Source of the DNA: Octopus bimaculoides
Lineage: Eukaryota
NCBI RefSeq assembly: GCF_001194135.2
Contig: NC_069003.1
Span: forward strand, 22,230,678-22,294,677
DNA length: 64,000 bases
Direction: 5' to 3'
Numbering within the stretch: position 1 is the first letter of the stretch; the number at the start of each line of letters is the position of its first letter. Under the pieces are notes generated by a model that was given only the letters and a program-made list of their open reading frames with translations, did no database searches and was not told the origin of the DNA. Position numbers and translations under genes: made by a program. This document shows, piece after piece, positions 51,569-63,443 of this stretch.

Positions 51569-54500
51569 CCTCCTCTCTTGTGTATGCTGTCTGTCTATCT
51601 GTCTACCTATCTATCTTCTTGTTTATCTCTCTCTTTCTTCCTTTGTCTCAATCCTCCTCTTTCATGCATGCAAGTCTACCTGTCTACCTATCTACCTGTT
51701 TCTTTTCCCCCCTCATCTCCCCTTTCCCACCCCCTCTCTCTTTCTCTCTTTTTCTCCCAATACATAAACCTGTCTATTTTCTCAAGCAACTCTATATTCT
51801 CTGTCTCAAACCTATCCATACATGAAAAACAAAACATTTTCTCTCTTTCAGTGCCGTTCTCCTGGAATATACAAACAGCACTATATCAATGATTTATGTC
51901 AGCGTTATGGAGATAAAGACATGATAATTTCTGCTCCAATGCTACCTGAATGGTGTCAGGGTAAGTCTTAAAAAAAATGACTTCAAATCTTTTAACCCAC
52001 TTTTGATACCACCTAGTATTACTTCTGGTTCTTTCATTCCAAACTTCTAATTTTCAAGTATTTGTATTAAAATCAAAATCTTCCATGATGGTTTTGTGTA
52101 AGAATCTTTAGCATAAACAATGATACAGTTGATGCGAAAGAAGATACATTTGAAATGCATAGTTTCATCATCACCATCATCATCATCTTTTAACACCTTT
52201 TTTTTCGTTGTTGGCATAGGTTGGATGGTCTGACAGGAACTGACAAGGCCAGGGGCTGCACCAAGTTCCATAGTCTGTTTTGGCATGGTTTCTATAGGTA
52301 GATCATCATCATCATCATCGTTTAACGTCCGCTTTCCATGCTAGCATGGGTTGGACGATTTGACTGAGGACTGGTGAAACCAGATGGCTACACCAGGCTC
52401 CAATCTGATTTGACAGAGTTTCTACAGCTGGATGCCCTTCCTAACGCCAACCACTCCGAGAGTGTAGTGGGTGCTTTTACGTGCCACCAGCACGAAGGCC
52501 AGTCAGGCGGTACTGGCAACGGCCACGCTCAAAATGGTGTATTTTATGTGCCACCTGCACAAGAGCCAGTCCAGAGGCACTGGCAACGATCTCACTCGAA
52601 AGTCCTTACACATGCCATGGGCACAAGTGCCAGAAAGGCAACGCTGGGCACAGGTGCCATCACGATTTCACTTGCCTCAAGAAGTCTTCACAAGCTGAGT
52701 TCCGTGTCCAATGAAGGGTCCTTCCTAATGCCAACCACTTCACAGAGTGTACTGGGTGCTTTTACACAGCATTGGCATGGCTGCCCTTAAGTGACACCAG
52801 CACAGACACTCTTATGTGGCACTGGTATGAGCACTCTTACATGGCTGCTTTTACATAGTCCCGGCATGGGTGCTTTTATGTGGTACTTTTATACGGCATC
52901 AGCACCCATGAGCCCACAAAACTAGAGTATTTTTAGCTGAGAGAGGGGTGTAGAGGACATGCCTGTATGCATGGACAACCACAATTTTACTTAGCTTGGC
53001 TTGTCTTCTTAAACACAGCAAGCAGCCAGAAGTCTTGGTCCCTTGTCATCCCTCAGTGAGACCCAATGTCTGTAGATCCTTTCTCACCACTTAATCCCAC
53101 GTCTTCTTGGGTCTGCTCCTTCCACACATTCCCTCTACAATTAGAGATCAACATTTCTTGATGCAGCTGTCCTCATCCATATGCATCACATGACCATACC
53201 AGCACAGTCTTCTCTCTTGCACATTACATCTGATGTCTCATATACTGTTTTTCTCTCAAATCACTTACACTCTGTCATATGTGCACACTGACATTGCACA
53301 TCCAGCAGAGCATACTAGCTTCATTTCTTTCAAACCTTCAAATATCCTCAATAGTCATAGCACATGTCTCACTGCTATGTAGCATAGTTGTTGGAACACA
53401 GGCAAAATACAATCTGCCTTTCACTCTGAGTGAGAGGTCCTTTGTTACCAACTAAGGTATCAGCTCTCTGAAATTTGCCCAGCCTGTTCTTATTTATAAG
53501 TGATAAATTTATGCTTTCATATTTTATTCCAGTATTTTGTCACAGCATTGTGTTTATATGCAAAAAATCATACAATTATCCCATACAAAACCACTTTAAT
53601 TTTTTAGCATACAGATTACTTTGTTAAATGTTATGCTTATTCATTCACATTGTTTTGAAATGATCATGTATTATTTTTTAGCTTTGAGATCTAAATAATA
53701 TAATTGTTTATTTCTAGAATGACATTGTGGGGAAGTATGAAAGGTCAGATCTGGCCAGTTTGAACACAAAATACGTAGAAAATGTTTGCCTTATATAGTC
53801 AGTTTAAATCTTGAAGGGTTAAAATATCTTTCAATAAGTGTATAATGAAACTTAAAATTATTTTTTTTAGTACAAAATAGGGGTGCATCTTATGTCAGAA
53901 TACATCAGCAAATATGGTATGCTGTTGTTTAGTCCAAGGGTAGCTCCAGTTCATCCGACTGGTGATCATACCCATTCCACCTGTGACCATCCCATATTTT
54001 GTTTTCAGCATAGTGTTTCTGTACATTATTTACATTAGACGGATATTTGTCCTCATCTTTTTTGTTGTTGACACAACATTTCGGCTGATATACCCTCCAG
54101 CCTGTTTCTGTGTCAGTTTCTTTCACTATTTTTAAGATGGTAGCATGTGACTTGTTGGGGATTTAGCTGCTATTTCAAGCAGACTGAGGAATCACAGACT
54201 CCTCCGTCTTGTACTGTATGTTTCTGTACAAGACAATATTTAAATCAATAAATACTATTGCAAAAAAAAGAAAGAAAGATAGTGTGATCTCTGGGCAGGG
54301 GATTGATTGAATCTGTAGAGCATTGGGAAAAAATACCTTGTGGTATTTGGGTACATTCCTTTCCTTTCTGAATTCAAATCCTGCCCAGATCTTTTCTTCT
54401 TTTGAGGTTGATAAAATATGAAGACCAGACAGATATAATTGTTGGGAATTGATGCAATCGACTATAATTGTTAAAATTGATGCTCCAGCATGGCCGCTGT

Positions 54501-56642
54501 CCAGTGAGTAAAACTAGTAATAAAAAATTCACAAGAATCCAAATGATGCCAAATACCATTGTCTTCTTATGTCGTAGCTTGCTTGCTTGTAATTTTCAAG
54601 GGTGTTTTTTTTTTTTAATCTTTACTCAGAGTACGACGACTCGGTAAAAGATAATGATGACATAGAAGAAGCCAATGGTGACCCCAGTCATGGCACACAA
54701 GCATCAATGCCAACCAGTGCACCAGGGAGGCACAAGAAGGAATTCTTCAAAAAGGTATCTGCACTACTACTACTACTACTGCAACTACTACCACCAGCAC
54801 TACTACTGCTGCTATGACCACCACCATCATCACAACTACTACCACTACTACTACTACCACCATCACCACTATTACCTATTCTACTACTGCAACCACCACC
54901 ACCACCACTACTACTACCACCGTCACCATCACCACTATTATCTATACTACTACTGCAACCACTACCACCACCACTACTACTACTACCACCGCCATCACCA
55001 CTATTACCTATACTACTACTGCCACCACTACCACTACCACTACTACTACTACCACCGCCACCATCACCACTACTACTACTACCACCGCCACCATCACCAC
55101 TATTACCTATACTACTACTGCCACCACTACCACTACCACTACTACTACTACCACCACCACCATCACCTATACTACTACTGCAACCACTACCACTACTACT
55201 ACTACTACCACCATCACCACCACTACCACTGTTACTACTGCAACTATGACTACTACTCCTACCACCACCACTATCACCACCTCTACTACAACTTCTACCA
55301 CTACAACTAATATTACTACCACCACCACTACTCAACACCATTATCATNNNNNNNNNNNNNNNNNNNNNNNNNNNNNNNNNNNNNNNNNNNNNNNNNNNNN
55401 NNNNNNNNNNNNNNNNNNNNNNNNNNNNNNNNNNNNNNNNNNNNNNNNNNNNNNNNNNNNNNNNNNNNNNNNNNNNNNNNNNNNNNNNNNNNNNNNNNNN
55501 NNNNNNNNNNNNNNNNNNNNNNNNNNNNNNNNNNNNNNNNNNNNNNNNNNNNNNNNNNNNNNNNNNNNNNNNNNNNNNNNNNNNNNNNNNNNNNNNNNNN
55601 NAGGTTAACCCATTACCTCCCATAATTCTATTAACTGGAATTTTTTTATGAAACTTTGATTTCTAGCATAAAACAGCCTTAGAAACATGCTGGAATGATC
55701 AAAATAACATTTCAAAGTAACTTTTAAATAGAACATTTTAAATAGAAATAAGCGAGATATTGGGTGAAAAATTAGCAAACCTCATTTGAATATCAGAGAA
55801 ATATACCTAGTAGATATAGCAAAAAGGTTAGATATGTGTAAATATTGACAGATAATTACGAAATTTGTAATTTTTAAGTGATCTCATATGAGATCACTGG
55901 TAGGTAATGGGTTAAATAATGCTTCTGCCTGCAGCCCAAAACTCTGGCTTGTAAATTTGACAACTGCCCTCCTGAGAAAGCAAGCGTGTCAGATAATGCA
56001 GATACTGTAGCTGTTGAGGCATAGAATCCATGTTCTTTACAGACTGTACTGACATTAGGTGCCTTTTTTGTTTTTTTCTTTGTTGCACCAGCACCAGGGA
56101 GGTTACAAGACTTAAGGGATCTCTTGACCGAGAGGGAGAAAAGAAAAGAAGGGGTGACTTTCTGTAAGGTGTTGAGAGGTTGATGTATGATGGGAAGAAC
56201 AGGGACAGGTCTATTATTGCAGAGGAGGGGTGGATTGGTGGCAAGATGCCTAAGCATGTTCTTAATGGCAACATGTCCAAGAAAGTAAATGAAAGAGAGC
56301 ATGGAGACAGAAAGATGGATTGGATCGAGAGCAGGATAGGGAAATAAAGGTGGGAGGGAAGAATGATTGATGAATAGAAATAGGGCTGGTGGTGTAGCGA
56401 GGTGTAAGAAGGGAGTGAATGTAGGGAACAGTGAACAAGTGATAGGGTTAGGTATAAAAATAAACATACATAGTGCAGGAGTGGCTGTGTGGTAAGTAGC
56501 TTGCTTACCAACCACATGGCTCCAGGTTCATTCCCACTGCATAGCACCTTGGGCAAGTGTCTTCTACTATAGCCTCGGGCCGACCAAAGCCTTGTGAGTG
56601 GATTTGTTAGACGGAAACTGAAAGAAGCCCATCGTATATATA

Positions 56643-56688
<46 letters not shown>

Positions 56689-58770
56689 GGAGTAAGCACA
56701 TGAAATGTGCAACAAGGTGGAAAAAAGTGTACTACTATATATGTATGTGTGTGTATATGTTTATGTGTCTGTGTTTGTCCCCCCAACATCGCTTGACAAC
56801 CGATGCTGGTGTGTTACGTCCCTGTAACTTAGCGGTTCGGCAAAAGTGACCGATAGAATAAGTACTAGGCTTCCAAAGAATAAATCCTGGGGTTGATTTG
56901 CTTGACTAAAGGCGGTGCTCCAGCATGGCCGCAGTCAAATGACTGAAACAAGTAAAAGAGTAAGAGAGTATACACATTGTAAAACAAACTTGTTGACATA
57001 ACTTCTGCTTTCAGAATGCCCAGTTCATGGAAGGTGTAAGAGGAGTATATCCTGTTGAAGACCAGTCTCTTCTGTCCAGCATACAGCGCAAATGCCAAGA
57101 CATGTGTGGATGGAAGTTGTAAGTTGAGAGGGTTTTTTTAAAATTTATTTCATCTTTGATAGTTGTTTTTTTTTTAGTTGTTTATTTCTTTGAGTTTAAT
57201 TTTCATCATCATTTAATCTTTTAGTATTCAGAGTTATTCTGTTAAATGAAATGCTTATTTATTCACATTGCTTTTAATTAATCATACATGCGTAATCGTT
57301 ACCAGCATCGCCTTCTAGGACTTGTGCTGGTGGCATGTTAGAAAATCATTCGAGCGAGGTCGTTGCCAGTGCCGCTGGACTGGCTCCCGTGCAGGTGGCA
57401 CGTAAAAAACACCTTTTGAGCGAGGCCGTTGCCAGTACCATGTGACTGGCCCTCGTGCTGGTGGCACATAAAAGCACCCACTACACTCTCGGAGTGGTTG
57501 GCATTAGGAAGGGCATCCAGCTGTAGAAACGCTGCCAGATCAGATTGGAGCCTGGTGCAGCCTTCTGGCTTGCTAGTCCTCATTCAAATCGTCCAACCCA
57601 TGNNNNNNNNNNCCGTTGCCAGTACCATGTGACTGGCCCTCGTGCTGGTGGCACATAAAAGCACCCACTACACTCTCGGAGTGGTTGGCATTAGGAAGGG
57701 CATCCAGCTGTAGAAACGCTGCCAGATCAGATTGGAGCCTGGTGCAGCCTTCTGGCTTGCTAGTCCTCATTCAAATCGTCCAACCCATGCTAGCATGGAA
57801 AGCAGACGTTAAACGATGATGATGATGATGATGATGATGATACATGATATAGTAGCTCTGAGATTTTTGATGAATGTGATTGTTTATTTTTAGAATGACA
57901 TTACAGGGTAGGTGTGAGAAGCCAGATCTGTTTGAACATTAAACAGAATATTTGGGCCAGATATGGCTGGTTTAAATACTAAAGGATTAATATTCATTTT
58001 ACCATGCTTGCATGGGTCAGATGGAGTTTGAGGCAGATGTTCAACAACCAGATACCCTTCCTGTCACCAACCTTTGCACATTTCCAAGCAAAGTAATATT
58101 TCCCCATGGCCAGAACATATTTTCCACCGAAGACTGGAGATGAACAACACCCCTTTGTATGACAGAGATGCTCACTTACGACCATAACCTGATATCAAAA
58201 CAAGTGAACTACTATGAGTTTCTGTCTATCAAATTCACTCACAAGGCTTTGCTCGGCTTTGGTATATTGTAGAAGAGACACTTGCCTAAGGTGCTACTCA
58301 GTAGGACTGAAACCCAAGTCACATGGTTGGGAAGCAAATTTCTTAACAATAAAACCACACCTACCCTCAAGTTAGCCTTAATTTCATTTAGTTGGTATGG
58401 CTGTACACAGGGACACTTTCTGCATGTTAAAATAGCATTGTATTTACTGATGATTTGTAATTTGTTTTTGTTGTTTGGCTGTACTCAGGGACGCCTTCTG
58501 CATGTTAAAACAACAGTTAAGTGTTGATTGTATTTACTGGTAATTTGTTTTTGTTTTCTTTTCTTCAGTTCTGGGTTTCCTGGCTCCCAACCAGTGTCAA
58601 TGGACATAAACAATCTCATCTACCTCAAGCAGAAACCATACAAAGTTAGCTGGAAAGCTGATGGAACAAGGTCAGTTAAACTCATTTCCACAGTGAACTG
58701 TTTGCTACACAACTGCTACTCGTAGTAATGATGGTGTTTTATGTATGTCTATGCATCCATCCATCTCTCT

Positions 58771-58810
<40 letters not shown>

Positions 58811-60198
58811 GACTTACTTGCAAAATAGGACGTGTGCGTTCAATAATGTAATAATACAAAGAATATATATACATGTATACACACATATATGTACATACTT
58901 ACATCTACATGTGTATATACATGCATATCAGGGTACAGGACGTTAGAACAATAAACNNNNNNNNNNNNNNNNNNNNNNNNNNNNNNNNNNNNNNNNNNNN
59001 NNNNNNNNNNNNNNNNNNNNNNNNNNNNNNNNNNNNNNNNNNNNNNNNNNNNNNNNNNNNNNNNNNNNNNNNNNNNNNNNNNNNNNNNNNNNNNNNNNNN
59101 NNNNNNNNNNNNNNNNNNNNNNNNNNNNNNNNNNNNNNNNNNNNNNNNNNNNNNNNNNNNNNNNNNNNNNNNNNNNNNNNNNNNNNNNNNNNNNNNNNNN
59201 NNNNNNNNNNNNNNNNNNNNNNNNNNNNNNNNNNNNNNNNNNNNNNNNNNNNNNNNNNNNNNNNNNNNNNNNNNNNNNNNNNNNNNNNNNNNNNNNNNNN
59301 NNNNNNNNNNNNNNNNNNNNNNNNNNNNNNNNNNNNNNNNNNNNNNNNNNNNNNNNNNNNNNNNNNNNNNNNNNNNNNNNNNNNNNNNNNNNNNNNNNNN
59401 NNNNNNNNNNNNNNNNNNNNNNNNNNNNNNNNNNNNNNNNNNNNNNNNNNNNNNNNNNNNNNNNNNNNNNNNNNNNNNNNNNNNNNNNNNNNNNNNNNNN
59501 NNNNNNNNNNNNNNNNNNNNNNNNNNNNNNNNNNNNNNNNNNNNNNNNNNNNNNNNNNNNNNNNNNNNNNNNNNNNNNNNNNNNNNNNNNNNNNNNNNNN
59601 NNNNNNNNNNNNNNNNNNNNNNNNNNNNNNNNNNNNNNNNNNNNNNNNNNNNNNNNNNNNNNNNNNNNNNNNNNNNNNNNNNNNNNNNNNNNNNNNNNNN
59701 NNNNNNNNNNNNNNNNNNNNNNNNNNNNNNNNNNNNNNNNNNNNNNNNNNNNNNNNNNGTTTCAGGGAAAAGCCAATGTATCCCTTCATCGGAGACGGTA
59801 ATAGTAGAGGAATGGATTATTACATCTATAAGAGGAGATTTGTAGTAAGAAGTGAGAGCAATGCGCTGAAAAAAGAACAAAGAAGAAACAGTACTTGGAG
59901 TGTAGCTTCATTCCAGCAGTAAACATCCATGTAAAGAATCCTTGTGGGTATTTTCCGGAGATATTTGTAGTAGTAAAGGTCGATATATATCATATCGTAT
60001 CCGGAGTACTCTGTGCGTTGTTTACTCAAAGGATAGCCCGAATCAAGTGAGAGGTGTGTGTAGGGTTAAGAGGTCAAGCCTTAAGACAGGAACTCATGTT
60101 TATACAACGACAGGGGCAAAACTAGCCGGTATACAGCACTTACTCAGTATTACTTGTATCTTTGGGTTTGGTTGACTCCAATACCTTTCATAACCTTT

Positions 60199-60259
<61 letters not shown>

Positions 60260-61250
60260 GTCTAGTGATTAAGGTGTTGAACTCTTGGTTATGAGATTGT
60301 GAATTCAATTACTGGGGCAGCGGATTCATTATATTTTCAAGCAGGGAATCTTTTTCCGTATTGTTGCAGCCTATTCGGCTAAAAATGAATACCAGTTAAG
60401 GGATCATGCAGCCCTCCCTTCATATCTTCGCTGCTCCATTTGGGTAAAGGGCAAGAGGGACAAGAGAGTATCTATGCCTGCTTGTTACTATATGGACACC
60501 TAACACAATCAGCAGATATGACTTGTTGCTTGCAAGTAATGGCTATGGTTTTGTGTGTGTGTGTGTGTTAGTTCATCATCATCCTTTATCATCTGTGTTC
60601 CATATTGGCATGGGTTGGACGGTTTGACCAGAGCTGGCAAGAGGAGTTCTGTATCAGGTTCCAGTCTGATTTGGTTTGGTTTCTATGGCTGGATGTCCTT
60701 CCTAACACCACCCACTTTACAGTGTGTGCTGAGAGCTTTTTAACATAGCACTGGCATGCGTGCTTTTACGTGGTGCCCTGCACAAGTGCTGTTATGTGAT
60801 GCTGACATGGGTGTTTATGTGGTGCCAGCACAGGCACTTTTAAGGTGTTTTTTTTACATGCACTGGCACAAGGCTCTTGCAGGCCAATCCTACACACACA
60901 CACACACACAGAGTATACTGTTCAATTATTTGTAGGATCATCAAAAATGTGCTCAATCCAGTTAGAGATAAGTATCATTTAATGAATACAGGAGTTATAT
61001 CTGAGCTGCTTCAAGTTTCAGCTTGGATAGTGCAACAATCAGATGGACTTGTACATGCATACAATGCATGATCCAGCAATAGTTCATCACCGTGCATGGT
61101 AAGCTGTACATGCTTATCTAATTACTGCACTATCCAAACATGAAACTTGAAATAGCTCATGTATAACAGCTATATTCATTAAATGATATGTGTGTGTGTA
61201 TATATATATAATAAGACTGTGTTTGTATGTTTTTTATATATATATATATT

Positions 61251-61283
<33 letters not shown>

Positions 61284-63443
61284 TCTTTTACTGATTTCAA
61301 TCACTAGACTGTGGCCATGCTGGGGCACTGCCTTGAAGAAACTTTTTTAGTTGAATTGATCGACCCCAATACTTTTTTTTTAAGCCTGATATTTATGTAT
61401 ATGGATGTGTGTGTGTGTGTGTGTCTTTGTGTCTGTGTTTGTCACCACCACCACCATACAACCAGTGTTGGTGTGTTTACATCCCTGTAACTTAGCAGAT
61501 CGGCAAAAGAGACTGATAGAATAAGTACCAGGCTTAAGAACAAAAAAAGTGCTAGAGCTAATTCGTTCAACTAAAATTCTTCAAGGTGGGGCCCCAGCAT
61601 CACTTCAGTCTAATGACTGGAGTAAAAGAAAGTTTATATTCACATGTGTGCTCATTGTCTTTAATTTCAGGTACATGGCCCTAATAAATGGCCCTGACAA
61701 TGTCTATATGATCGACCGTGACAACGCTGTGTTCCATGTACCCAATTTACAGTTCCCATCCCGGAAGATTCCATCAGAACATCTCACAGAAACTCTTCTA
61801 GATGGTGTAAGTGAATAAATAACTGTTTCCTATATTGAGAGAGAGAAGGAATGTGTGATACGAAGTATCTTTTTTGGTACATCTTTATATGTCAATCTTC
61901 CTTTCCATTTTGTTGTGAATATGTCAGTCTCAGGACAAAAGACTCAATAGTTTCCATGCTATATATTTAGTCAGGTGTGAAGATGCATGGCCCAGTGGTT
62001 AGGTTGTTGAATTTACAGTCATATGAGGTTCCCGGATTAGTTATGTTTAATAAAGTAACTTATTTGCCTAAGTTTTAACATGATTTCCTTTAAAATAGTC
62101 ATCTTGCGCAACAATACACCGGTCCCAGCATTCCTACCACTTTTGGAATCCAGCCTGGAAGTCGTTTTCTGTAAGCGAGTCGAGGACCTTCTGCAATTCG
62201 CTCTGGATCTTGACAATGGTGTTAAAACAATGACCTTTGAGCTGCATTTTCCTTTTGGGGAAGAGATGGAAGTCTACAAGTGCTAAATCTGGTGAATAGG
62301 GCAAGTACGGAAGTGATACTGTGTTGGTTTTGGCAAAAAACACACGAGTGAGGAAAGATCTTGTTGCTTTTGCCGAATGTCCTCTCTCAAACATTTCAAA
62401 ACGTCGCAATAGAACTCTTGATTGACAGTCTGGCCCTGGAGGACGAATTCTCAATGCACAATACCACATTTCCAGGAGTGACACTCGTGGCAGGTCCTTC
62501 AGATCACTCATCATCTATCAGGGATGGTCTTCTGCTTTTGAAACACCTGTGCGACTCGAAACATTGCATATGACCCATTGCTTTGTTGCTGTAAGTTTGT
62601 CCAACCATGCTCAATGTTTCTGTAGCAGACTTCCCAGGTTTACCACAAAATTTCATGTTGGCTCTTTGTTCTTGTCTATGACAAAGTCGCAGACTACAGC
62701 ATACATGTGATCACAGAAACATAAATTTCATAACTTACTAAGTAAATACAGCGATGTCACTCTTCACACTGCCTCATGATGGTCACTGCTAGTTCTCACT
62801 GTGCACTGCCATCTGTTGGCACACTACAGAACTAGTCCCAGGAACTTTTTAATACCACCTCATAAGTTTGTTGATTTTATTCCTCAGCTGGGCAACGTGT
62901 CATGTGCTTCAGGCACCTTGTTTTACATTGCTTCAGCTTACTCAGTGGTAAGAAACTATCTGCACTACCACCACCATCGTCCTCATACTACCACCATCAG
63001 TGTCATCACCCACCACCATTTCCATTACTACTACTACTACTATTATCATCCTTGCTACCACTGCAATGGTGGTATTCATAATACTAGTAGTGAAGATGGC
63101 AGCAATGGTGGTGAGTAATGATGATGCTGATGGTAGTGGTGGTAGTGTAGATATTTTCTTACAGAGGCACAAAGCTAACAACTTTGTGGAGGGGGGGGTC
63201 AGTTGATACCCCCGCCACCACCACCAATCCTAGTATTTGATCGGTTATGTTTTATTTGATGTGGATAACAATAATGATTGTTGTGATGATGGTGATAATA
63301 GTTACTGGTGGTGGTGGTGGTGGTGATGATGATAACAATGATGATGATGATGATTAACTCTATCTTTCCAGGAGATGATCCTTGACAAAGTCGACGACAG
63401 AGTGGTACCAAGATATTTAGTCTATGATATCGTCAAATTTATG
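41980..63443 (+). CDS. RNGTT: mRNA-capping enzyme (RNA 5'-triphosphatase + guanylyltransferase), spliced gene span (12 coding exons here, 3' part beyond the right edge)
   Basis: Manual splicing gives 1128 nt in one frame: [75 protein letters not shown]. Confidence 0.96.
42625..42752. mobile_element. Same Tc1/mariner MITE with a single internal unit
   Basis: TA TSD; TIR CAGGGTGTCC. Confidence 0.85.
43149..43258 (+). CDS. RNGTT: RNGTT coding exon 2 ([14 protein letters not shown]...VKHYN)
   Basis: 110 nt, ttttcag acceptor and GTAAGT donor. Confidence 0.95.
43641..43979 (+). mobile_element. SINE family D copy
   Basis: TSD AACCCTTTTGTC / AACCTTTTTGTC (11/12 match); matches 32851-33184. Confidence 0.9.
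45093..45196 (+). CDS. RNGTT: RNGTT coding exon 3 ([16 protein letters not shown]...LKLKCR/G)
   Basis: 104 nt, conserved DLTNT.RFY. Confidence 0.95.
45612..46035 (-). mobile_element. SINE family A copy with expanded internal (CA)n(TA)n
   Basis: Reverse-complement match to the family A tail and middle. Confidence 0.75.
47305..47540. mobile_element. Tc1/mariner MITE
   Basis: TA-CAGGGTTGGCCAA ... TTGGCCAACCCTG-TA. Confidence 0.85.
47797..47885 (+). CDS. RNGTT: RNGTT coding exon 4 ([16 protein letters not shown]...PTDVI/G)
   Basis: 89 nt, canonical sites, phases match. Confidence 0.95.
48660..49020 (-). mobile_element. SINE family A copy
   Basis: Reverse-complement match to family A. Confidence 0.75.
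49869..50191. mobile_element. hAT (Charlie-like) MITE
   Basis: CAGTGGTTTGCAATC / GGTTGAGAACCACTG ends; degenerate TSD TTCTAAAT / ATCTAAAC. Confidence 0.8.
50279..50354 (+). CDS. RNGTT: RNGTT coding exon 5 ([26 protein letters not shown])
   Basis: 76 nt, HCxxxxxRT cysteine-phosphatase P-loop. Confidence 0.97.
51190..51220 (+). CDS. RNGTT: RNGTT coding exon 6 ([11 protein letters not shown])
   Basis: 31 nt, tttccag acceptor, GTAAGT donor, bridges phase 2 to phase 0. Confidence 0.92.
51852..51960 (+). CDS. RNGTT: RNGTT coding exon 7 ([21 protein letters not shown]...LPEWCQ/E)
   Basis: 109 nt, conserved R.PGIYK and LP.WC. Confidence 0.95.
52311..52720 (-). mobile_element. Family B retroelement copy
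   Basis: Same sequence as 807-1375, (CAT)n tail at the left end. Confidence 0.85.
52980..53495 (-). mobile_element. Decayed RTE LINE 3' fragment
   Basis: Nucleotide similarity to 17900-18380. Confidence 0.8.
54630..54754 (+). CDS. RNGTT: RNGTT coding exon 8, acidic inter-domain linker ([11 protein letters not shown]...RHKKEFFKK)
   Basis: 125 nt, phase 1 to 0, acidic then basic linker between the two domains. Confidence 0.88.
54765..55347. repeat. (TAC/CAC)n trinucleotide tract at the start of RNGTT intron 8
   Basis: Direct reading; source of the spurious poly-Thr, poly-His/Tyr and poly-Gly/Ser ORFs. Confidence 0.95.
56472..56961 (+). mobile_element. SINE family A copy, ending about 50 nt before RNGTT exon 9
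   Basis: Full head-to-tail match to 5545-5927. Confidence 0.85.
57015..57118 (+). CDS. RNGTT: RNGTT coding exon 9 ([11 protein letters not shown]...[13 protein letters not shown])
   Basis: 104 nt, canonical sites. Confidence 0.94.
57310..57840 (+). mobile_element. Family B retroelement copy (part duplicated across a 10-N gap)
   Basis: Same family, (GAT)n tail at about 57815-57840. Confidence 0.85.
58569..58670 (+). CDS. RNGTT: RNGTT coding exon 10 ([12 protein letters not shown]...[11 protein letters not shown])
   Basis: 102 nt, guanylyltransferase motif I KxDG with the catalytic lysine. Confidence 0.97.
59759..60180 (-). mobile_element. Probable Penelope-like element terminal repeat
   Basis: CCGATGA-stem-GAAAC signature typical of PLE ends, in non-coding sequence next to an 800-bp gap. 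Confidence 0.5.
61671..61806 (+). CDS. RNGTT: RNGTT coding exon 11 ([19 protein letters not shown]...ETLLDG)
   Basis: 136 nt, canonical sites. Confidence 0.96.
62024..62862 (-). mobile_element. Internally deleted mariner element with a transposase C-terminal relic
   Basis: [23 protein letters not shown] (mariner YSPDL motif) within 62134-62514; TA-flanked ends tatgagg...cctcata. Confidence 0.85.
63372..63443 (+). CDS. RNGTT: RNGTT coding exon 12 ([24 protein letters not shown])
   Basis: 72 nt, completes motif III and carries IIIa. Confidence 0.96.

Noticed and set aside
51173-51892. 239-aa ORF with hydrophobic stretches
   Set aside because: Overlaps exon 6 and reads through a CT-rich low-complexity intron; no family resemblance.
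54755-54763. U12-type intron at the RNGTT exon 8 donor
   Set aside because: GTATCTGC lacks the GTATCCTT consensus.
54675-55623. Long poly-Thr (mucin-like), His/Tyr-rich and Gly/Ser-rich ORFs
   Set aside because: All are frames of one (TAC/CAC)n microsatellite plus an N gap inside RNGTT intron 8.
57426-57789. Tandem duplication of about 177 bp
   Set aside because: Identical copies on either side of a 10-N gap indicate an unmerged contig overlap.
58840-59922. 346-349 aa ORFs
   Set aside because: Almost entirely N gap; the same applies to the ORFs at 23435-23992, 36226-36743, 39521-39976 and 48931-49532.
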